Assembly: GCA_032718475.1 (NCBI GenBank)
Contig: JAUCBJ010006652.1
Location: 1 to 40,747 of the forward strand
DNA from: Nemertoderma westbladi
Taxonomy: Eukaryota; Animalia; Xenacoelomorpha
Length of the DNA stretch: 40,747 nucleotides
Direction of reading: 5' to 3'
Each line of letters starts with the position of its first letter. Within the stretch, counting starts at the first letter, position 1. The notes below the pieces were generated by a model that was not told the origin of the DNA, did no database searches, and saw only the letters and a list, made by a program, of their open reading frames with translations. The position numbers and the translations under genes were made by a program. This document shows positions 33,901 through 40,747 of the stretch, in pieces.

Positions 33901-36458
33901 TGCAACTAGGATTAGAAGGGATAGAATGTGCTTTAGTGTACATGGATGACCTGATATTGTATTCTAGAACGTGGGAACAGCACATAGAACTCATAGATAT
34001 AGTACTACGGCGTATAAGTGAGTTAGGTCTCAAATTGAAACCATCTAAATGTTGTTTTGGAGCGAGTTCAATACACTTCCTAGGACACATTATTGATCGA
34101 GATGGTATACATACTGACCCTAAGAAAATAAGTACGATGGTCGATTTCCCCAGACCTACTTGTGTGAAGGACTTACAGAGTTTTCTGGGGCTGTGTGGAT
34201 ACTACAGGAAGTTTGTGAGAGATTATGGCAAATTAGTACAACCATTGTATGGCCTAACTAAAGTAGGAGTGCCGTTTTACTGGAATGCAGATTGTGAACA
34301 AGCTTTTCTAGAACTCAAGAATCGACTCGTTTCATCGCCAATTTTATCCCACCCTGACTTTGAACGAGAGTTTACCTTAGAAACTGATGCCAGTGGATCT
34401 GGACTTGGCGCGATACTTTGCCAAGACGATAAGGTTATAGCTTATGCTTCGCGTTCCCTGACTTGTGCTGAAGCTAAGTGGTCGATTACGGAATTAGAGG
34501 GATTAGCAGTAGTTTGGGCCGTAGCTAAGTTTCGTTTTTATTTATTGGGTCGGCATTTTAAAGTGATTTCAGATCATAACCCCCTGCGATGCTTGTCTTG
34601 GGTTGGTGTCAATCGCCATATTACGGGTCGTCTCCAAAGGTGGGCACTGAAACTGTCAGAATACGATTATACTTTTATTTATAAGCCCGGAAAGTTTAAC
34701 AGGGCTGATTGCTTATCCCGAATAAAAGTAGAACATCCTCTAGATACGACTAACACTGTAAACAATCACAGTAACGAACTCGATGTTGAACCATTTTGTT
34801 TAATTAATGTTCCTGTAATAAACCCTGTAGACTCTACAGACGTGACTGGAGACACAGACAATTTGATGAATAACCAATCTAATGTAGTGAATGTAGATAC
34901 CGATGAACTACAAGGTCTTGCAGACTTATTTAGTTGCAATGGAACGGATTCGAAGGTTTGTAACCATGACTACCAGGATAAACAGAGTTCAGTAGCAAAT
35001 GACGATGATGGATGTTCATCTTACCGTGCTCCAGACACCTCAATACATGTAGATAGTTTCGCAGACATTCAGTCTTCCTTACCTGTGTTACCTAGCAATG
35101 TGGAGTTTTGTAGTTTGTCCAGACTACGTAAACTGCAGTTGGAAGATTCAAATATTAAGGTGATGGTAGAATATTTACAAACGGGAAATAAACCAGAATT
35201 TAATCGTAAGCTCTCTGAGTGTAAGAATATGGTAAAGTTACATACACAATATGTATTAGTAGATGGTATTCTATGTCACGTCTCGGATTGTAAGACAAAT
35301 AAGACAATACAAGTAGTAGTACCTAAGTTACTACGTAGACAGGTACTACTTCAGTTCCATGACCTCAGGTCACACTTAGGAATTAATAAAACGTTGAATG
35401 ACATTAAAGTAAAATTTTATTGGGTAAATCTCCGGGATGATGTAGCGCGGTACATACATAGTTGTGATCCTTGTCAACGACGTAAAGGTTCTACTAATAT
35501 TCAACCATTAACTAGTTTACCAGCCCCCACCCGAGTTATGGAAAGATTATCTATTGATATCGTGAAAGGGTTTCCCACTAGTCCAACTGGTAATAAACTT
35601 GTTTTCACTATTACAGAACATTTAACCCGATATGTTGAACTATTACCTGTCCCTGACGAACAGGCTGAAACTTTAGCCAGGGAATTGGTAAATAAAATAT
35701 TTTGTGTATACGGTGCAGCTGAGATTATTTTATCGGATAGAGGTCCAAGTTTTACTTCGTCACTTTTCTCGGAACTGGAAAAAATATTTGGCATTGTTCG
35801 TGTGTTAACTTCAGCGTACCACCCACAATGCAATGGTCTTACTGAAAGGGTCAACCAATCCATGTGTAATATGTTAGCACTGACAGTTCGTAACCATGAC
35901 AACTGGGAAGAAATGCTTCCCCTAGTACAATTTAATTATAACACTAGCGTACATTCTAGTATAGGGATGGCACCATTTACGTTGATGTTTGGTAGGGAGG
36001 CTCGTCTACCAATAGATACTCGTATTGAGCGGCCTTATAGTTTGTTGGCTGACACAGCGACATACCCTGACGAATTACGTAAGAACTTACAAAATGCCCA
36101 CAAGTTAGTTAGAGAACAACTAAGTAAAGCACAGAATAAACAAAAACGCCTCCACGATCGTAAAGTGAAACAAAATTTGCAATCATTTGTGACAGGCGAT
36201 AAAGTATTGTATTTTGATCGACGCGTTAAGCGCAAGAATAATAAGTTGCGGTTCCGTTTTACCGGACCCTATGTAGTGCTCCGTAAACGTTCGCAGTTTT
36301 CATATGAATTACGTCCTGTACGGAAACGAGTTACACCACGAACTCCAGTGTTGGTAGTGAACGCGAAAGATTTAAAGTTATATCAAGTGCGTTCATCCGC
36401 TTGTGAAAGTAATAACCCTTCTATGTCCAATGGACAAAGTGATGTCGACACACCTTAG
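30951..36458 (+). CDS. Gag-Pol polyprotein in a single ORF (first ATG 30951; frame open from 30840)
   Basis: Capsid-like region (PEIFDG...W); two CCHC knuckles (32205-32246, 32295-32336); protease LVDSGS (about 32607-32624); RT with IDYRGLN, MPFGL and YMDD (33939-33950); RNase H LETDASG, ELEGLA, SDHNPL; integrase HHCC, LSDRGPSF, AYHPQCNGLTER; GPY motif (about 36264). Confidence 0.96.
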   Translation: MTDVFGFENDSDSTGSRCEGSDQTQIAVGPREESSWTDINLNSPAVVVPGSGCDRPRYSETQSHGRNRFPAVPVPGEGDDYIHPNREQQGTDTCIQLEHDAPIMADIRKEPEIFDGRGDVDSWVSALQRLGRLRRWNYVMMGRVASVYVSGTAARVIEELPNEQQVDFDSVVAALRARFRPLPPEVICSKLLDCKLGINETIEEYVDKLQKWGQQAWVDMNGAQRDRLLLTVFYRGIPSDLAFRIRNSHPQSFDEAVRMARNEEIYLAEANHLNYGDQAGRIDRNTVIDSNRPKHTFLQESGVHGYVNNTASFNRNSTVPSRPVTVDPKINKLESEIQELRKQISGMQCQPAPVRPFTAWNKSRTDSGPNHSERSSDTLAYSSGRPVYSPYLTEPSRSIIQSEHFQVSNNMTPRRNVTCFNCNEFGHYSTQCPQPFASRNVQPRRDIVCFNCNESGHYSTHCPRSQTSRFNRSSDDVRRTYPYRPRPSPLSTASNMCQPSQYVPHPTPPPSRFSTDAGTPASSFENNHIRYTTHTNRDWYIPVHIGRTKMVGLVDSGSDFTIMDIRKLPKDCELGASSIPSIKGVGGLMPVLGEVHLPIVITSDFKVDILVYIGDLQKIDGSEIIFGKDFIYQACTSFDLVKQCMILRNNECVYFCSPPTQVISNSTTEHYTRRIIMSEKRVTIPPDSQAYITGCLKGKGSNCSFPAGPVYIEPLYQSNTQTLLARCIIDPIDRERVTLQVLNPNNSPVTVFKNQKVASYCDVTNYTLRTLESRAIGTDSVVNDVNGKQIFLREELKLDHLDSDKQADVLDIVGQNPHSFSYNDYDIGRTTLLQHSIPLKPDAKPIHVTPYPIPVAIRPELRERLSNLQRVGVIQPSTSEWSSPLIIVKAPNKPWRLAIDYRGLNSVAVPQFWPLPNIDYMLAEVGAARPEYFSALDFKSMFWQVEINPEDYAKTAFHTQWGNFEFRRMPFGLQSSPSTCQRLMQLGLEGIECALVYMDDLILYSRTWEQHIELIDIVLRRISELGLKLKPSKCCFGASSIHFLGHIIDRDGIHTDPKKISTMVDFPRPTCVKDLQSFLGLCGYYRKFVRDYGKLVQPLYGLTKVGVPFYWNADCEQAFLELKNRLVSSPILSHPDFEREFTLETDASGSGLGAILCQDDKVIAYASRSLTCAEAKWSITELEGLAVVWAVAKFRFYLLGRHFKVISDHNPLRCLSWVGVNRHITGRLQRWALKLSEYDYTFIYKPGKFNRADCLSRIKVEHPLDTTNTVNNHSNELDVEPFCLINVPVINPVDSTDVTGDTDNLMNNQSNVVNVDTDELQGLADLFSCNGTDSKVCNHDYQDKQSSVANDDDGCSSYRAPDTSIHVDSFADIQSSLPVLPSNVEFCSLSRLRKLQLEDSNIKVMVEYLQTGNKPEFNRKLSECKNMVKLHTQYVLVDGILCHVSDCKTNKTIQVVVPKLLRRQVLLQFHDLRSHLGINKTLNDIKVKFYWVNLRDDVARYIHSCDPCQRRKGSTNIQPLTSLPAPTRVMERLSIDIVKGFPTSPTGNKLVFTITEHLTRYVELLPVPDEQAETLARELVNKIFCVYGAAEIILSDRGPSFTSSLFSELEKIFGIVRVLTSAYHPQCNGLTERVNQSMCNMLALTVRNHDNWEEMLPLVQFNYNTSVHSSIGMAPFTLMFGREARLPIDTRIERPYSLLADTATYPDELRKNLQNAHKLVREQLSKAQNKQKRLHDRKVKQNLQSFVTGDKVLYFDRRVKRKNNKLRFRFTGPYVVLRKRSQFSYELRPVRKRVTPRTPVLVVNAKDLKLYQVRSSACESNNPSMSNGQSDVDTP

Positions 36459-37350
36459 TGTACAGTAGTACATACAGTAAGGTATAAGTATATACAGTAG
36501 AACAGTGACTGATGATATTTACATAAACCAACAAACTATATGCAATATGCACTACCGTATGCAGTTTAGATCCTACTAAACATTTTGTAGGTTATTATTG
36601 CACGCGCACGGTCAGTATATTATTGGTATGTATACTTGTTACTATTTAGATTAGACATATTTAGTGTTTTGTTTTATGAATGTAAATTAAACTATAAATT
36701 TTTGCTGTTCCCATTTCACCCTCTTTGTTGTCGCAGAAAAATAACTATTTAGCGGAACCGAATCCTTTAATCTCATTTGGTAGTAAATGTGGTGTTGTTT
36801 TACATTTGAATAAATGTACAGAATGTATTTTATTTTTGGATACCATAAGTTTATTGATATGTTTATTCATTCTGTAGAGACTTATTTTGTTTCTGTTTAT
36901 TTCATAGAAAACTCGCCAATTGGCTATTTTGTTTGCATTGGGCGCCAAGGGAGGTCTTGAAGGTCTGTTGTATATTATTAGCCTATTGGTTATTAACTTT
37001 TTTATTAAATAACATTTGCCTATTGGCTATCATTCTGCATTGCATGTATTAATTGTTGTCTAATGACTGTCATATTCAGTAAATTTAATTGCCTATTGGC
37101 TAAGCTACTGTAGCTGAAATTAATATCTACTTAGTACATATTGCAGTTGGTATTGGCAACTGGTAGTTGGAATGGGAATTCACATTTCCTGTACATAAAT
37201 GAATAAAGTGTACCAAGTGCGTTGGATTTTAACTAATTCTATATTCATATATTTTGTAGGTATTTTTACATTATTATTGTGCTGTTTTTATTTAGATTCG
37301 GTTCTGCAAAATATTTTTATCAAACCACTCGGGACGAGTGGTTTCCTTTC

Positions 37351-37362
37351 GTGGGGGGGATT
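37351..37362 (+). promoter_or_regulatory. Polypurine tract
   Basis: GTGGGGGGGATT directly abuts the 3' LTR. Confidence 0.85.
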
Positions 37363-37827
37363 TGTGGTGATCAGCAGCAAGGACATACAAAATATGAAAC
37401 ACAAAAATATCAAATTACAAAAAACGTTATAAATAATATAACGCCATCTAGGGAAGTTTACAGGAAACAACAAAATTGCGCTAGAATAATCCTGACCGCT
37501 GATTGGAGGATAACAAAGAGGGATAGATAGGTAGGATAATACCGGTTAGTAAGTAATATATCAAGAGATGGTCAGTACAATACAGTACCTACAGTAGTAG
37601 TTTAGATTCGTGTTTCTTTTTGGATGTCTGACATCTGACTGTCTGACGTATGTACAGATGTATTTCAGTATTTTGATTTATCTGTTTTGATTAGATGAAC
37701 TAACAAACTAATCGTTTTAGCCAGCCTGCCAGTTAACGGCAGATTTTCTTCAGGGAAACCAGAAAAACTAAGTGGTAGATTGCCACGGAACCCGGGTTCG
37801 ACCTTATCCTGTTATCCAGCTTTCACA
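37363..37827 (+). repeat. 3' LTR
   Basis: Direct repeat of 30309-30773. Confidence 0.97.
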
Positions 37828-38204
37828 ATACTGTATATCGGTATTTAAATCAAAACTGCATCCCATATCAGTACATATATATTACATAATTACAATGCAA
37901 CATTATTTTAATGATCAAATTAATTATTATATGTATTATAAACAGGGATCGCAGATCGCACACGTACAGTCAGACATTAGTAGTTACTTTTTGCGGTAGT
38001 GGTATAGCTTTGCGGTAGCCTTACTGCCTTAGCGGTGTATACCGCGGTAGCGTAGTTGAGTTATAGCTGTATAGTTCATTCATACCCATACTGCCATACC
38101 TGTCTGCCTGTGGTATTTTCATATGGCAAAAATAAGACTACTGTAAACTGTAACCTATTATGTTATTGAGTTAATGTTTATTGACTAATTGTTTTGATTA
38201 GGTT

Positions 38205-38560
38205 CACCGTGTCAAGTACAATCCTGCAATGCACAACATCTCTGCATCTCCAACCAGACACTATATAACATTGGAGTTGGAGGTGTCTCATTCAGTCATT
38301 GGTTCCCCCAGGCTTGACACTAGAACAAAGCCGCCTCCGCTTTGCAGGACATCGCTTTAAGCCGTGAGGACCAGCCAGTGCACCTCATGGAGTGAATAAG
38401 CATGGTAGACAGCCCATGACTTTCTTGAGACGCATCTGTCTTAAAGGACACTGGCCTTGAAGATGCGGATGATCTAGCAAATGTCATGGGTGATAAGGCT
38501 GTAAGGCTGTAAGGGAGTTGTGGAGGCGCACTTTTGTCAACAAGCCGGCACTGCATTCTT
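38205..38560 (+). pseudogene. Degenerate 3' end of a non-LTR retrotransposon ORF (RTE-like)
   Basis: Frameshifted pieces ISNQTLY...RLRFAGH...REDQPVH...HGRQPMTF...KDTGLEDADDLANVMGDK resemble the post-RT C-terminus of RTE-type LINEs. Confidence 0.55.
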
Positions 38561-39621
38561 AATACATAATAGGGCCTATACTGCTATATATAATGCAGCT
38601 GCAATGAATCATGCCGATTGTAGTAGTAGTATGTGGTGAGGTTATAGGGCTCCTTCAATTGGTAAAGTCAAAAGTGGCCGTTTATTGTTTTAGTTAGAAA
38701 AGCCTGCCTCTGTAACCTGTTCCTTTCCCTCAATTGGTTTATGATTATGACGTGTGTTACTTGTTACTTCTGTACTTATTATGTGGAGACCCCAACGCGT
38801 TAATCAGTTACTAATCCCATTCCATTATCCTGTTATCCAGCTGTTTTATAATACCCTTCCTGTTGTATGGAAAAATTAGAAGAGATGGTGGTAGCATCAA
38901 CTTGTAGTATTTCTTTCTGATAGGGCTCCCATAGCCTTAGACGAAATCGTAGCTTGTACTGTAGTTAGCCTTAGCAGCAGCTGCAGTTGGCTAACCTGGC
39001 ATTGCTACCAGTATCCACCAAATATAATTTGTAATTAAATATTTGTTGGAGCATAATCTAATCTAGTCCTAAGGACACTATAAAGTCCTGGGTACATAAG
39101 GCTGTAAGGTTAGACATAACATGAATGAAATTGTGAACTAAACAATATGCTAAAAGTAAAGTACAAAGTACCTAGAATGCTAGAATGTACCATCTCATAT
39201 TCTAAGTACAGTACAGTCAGTACACTGAAGATGCATACAGAGCTGCAAAGGTAACTTTCCATAACTTAACAGCTGTCTGGCTGTCTCTCATCTGTCATGC
39301 TTCATGTACCTTTAAGTTCGATTCTCAATGTCACGTCCAAAATTGGACTTAAAGTCCAATATTGGACTTTTGTAAAAATTCAAAGCCTTATAAAAAAAGT
39401 TCCCCCTGGTGAATTTCAGGTCCCCCTGTTCAAAACTCTTATTTTTTGATATATTTTCGATTAAAGAAAAAAAATCCCGCCCGATCCTATTTCGCAAGGC
39501 CCTGGAACAATTGGCTGATTTGAAGTCCAATATTGGACTTACAGAAGTCCAATTTTGGACTTGAACTGGAGTCGAAGTCCAATTTTGGACTCAAGTCCAA
39601 TTTTTGACTTCTCACCGACTG

Positions 39622-39736
39622 AGTGGTGCAGACAATAGTGCAGGCAGTGGTGCAAACACCTGGTGCGGACAGTGGTGCAGACACTGGTGCAGACAGTGGT
39701 GTAGACTGGTGCTGACACTGGTGCAAACACCTGGTG
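39622..39736. repeat. Same 12-bp minisatellite, right part, same orientation
   Basis: Resumes immediately after the right TIR. Confidence 0.92.
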
Positions 39737-40747
39737 AAAATACTGTCAGACTGAAATACCAGACAGGCAGAGTACCACAAAACACAATACCACCAGGCAA
39801 AGCCTATTATATTATATTTTATCATAGACTTTATTATCTACAAATATGCGAGTAACTACTGACTACTGAAAGGTTGTACATGAAGTAGGGAGGACGTATG
39901 TAGTACAAGCCGGGGTGCGTGCGGGTGAATGTGCCCTGACTGCCTGATTACAAATAATTATAAGTAGTGTGTTGTGTGTACGAATATAAATAGTCGGTAT
40001 TCCCGTTTTCATATAAACAATAATGTCTATAATAATAATAAATAATGTCTAACAAGTAATGAGGTTTAAGCGACAGTGTTTGATTGTTTATACATGACCT
40101 ACTTTATTCAGAGTATGTTTATTTATTTATTTCTTTATTTACCGCAGGCAACATATGGAAAATATAATATTATATTATAATCGCACAATCAGCCCATATC
40201 GTCTACCTACGCTACAGCACAATAATTAAGTATGCAATTGATTATGTATGTATGTACTTAGTAATACTAATAATTCGCTAAATTAACAGATTTTCGGAAT
40301 TGAGCCTGTTTCACAAAATGGTCAACCAATGTGGTAAAAAATAAACTTTCGTTTTGCATATTTTTAGTAGTATATACCATTAGACTACATTTGAAAGGTC
40401 TATAAAATTGAAAATAATTATTGGTTTTTGTTTAGTTATCTCAAATTACAAGCTGTACTAAAATTTACATTTTTTTCAATTTTCACACAAAAAATGGCAA
40501 TAAATGCAAAATGTGTGATATATTTGTTATAAATAATATTATTAACAAAAATTTTTTTCAAGAAATTTTATTGAAATATTAGTAATGGCAAATTCAATGA
40601 TTGTGGCATAATTCGTTACGTATTTAGGCATGGCCAGCAGTTCCAAAACTCGTTCCGTCCGTTACTTCCGTCCGTTACCATGAGTTACAATTTTCAACCT
40701 AATTGGAGTAGTGTAGCACAGAATAGTCCAGGTTTTTTGTAAGTTCT

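Larger units (their letters stand above)
30309..37827 (+). mobile_element. Full-length Ty3/gypsy LTR retrotransposon (7519 bp)
   Basis: Two 465-bp TG...CA LTRs; 4-bp TSD ATAC (30305-30308, 37828-37831); PBS, polypurine tract and an intact gag-pol in the order PR-RT-RH-INT. Confidence 0.97.
30188..39621. mobile_element. Non-autonomous TIR DNA element (about 1.9 kb without the gypsy insert), superfamily unclear
   Basis: 29-bp TIR CAGTC(A/G)GTGAGAAGTCAAAAATTGGACTT with 1 mismatch (30188-30216 vs 39593-39621); flanking AGTGG at 30183-30187 and 39622-39626; palindromic subterminal AAGTCCAAWWTTGGACTT units at both ends. Confidence 0.8.

Noticed and set aside
36459-37362. env gene / endogenous retrovirus
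   Set aside because: No long ORF or signal-peptide/transmembrane protein after integrase.

Overview
AT-rich, transposon-dense metazoan genomic DNA; the species cannot be identified from sequence alone. It carries three conserved host genes, each an uninterrupted ORF: an ELAV/Hu-family 3xRRM protein (-), CHMP6/Vps20 (+) and CASC3/Barentsz (-). An intact, very young Ty3/gypsy LTR retrotransposon (30309-37827) has 465-bp LTRs that look identical, an ATAC target-site duplication (TSD) and a tRNA-Pro primer binding site (PBS). It sits inside a TIR element with an apparent 5-bp TSD, which in turn sits inside a 12-bp minisatellite. The rest is nested MITEs (Tc1/mariner-, Harbinger-, hAT- and CACTA-like), tRNA-derived SINE heads and a LINE relic. 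The strongest unexplained signal is that paralogous repeat copies differ by stereotyped 5-6 bp insertions at TA sites (TA-CAG-TA, TA-CTG-TA, TA-GGC-TA, TA-GGCC-TA), and these words are far over-represented across the window. This suggests pervasive transposon excision-footprint mutagenesis by more than one element family. All alignments and counts were done by eye.
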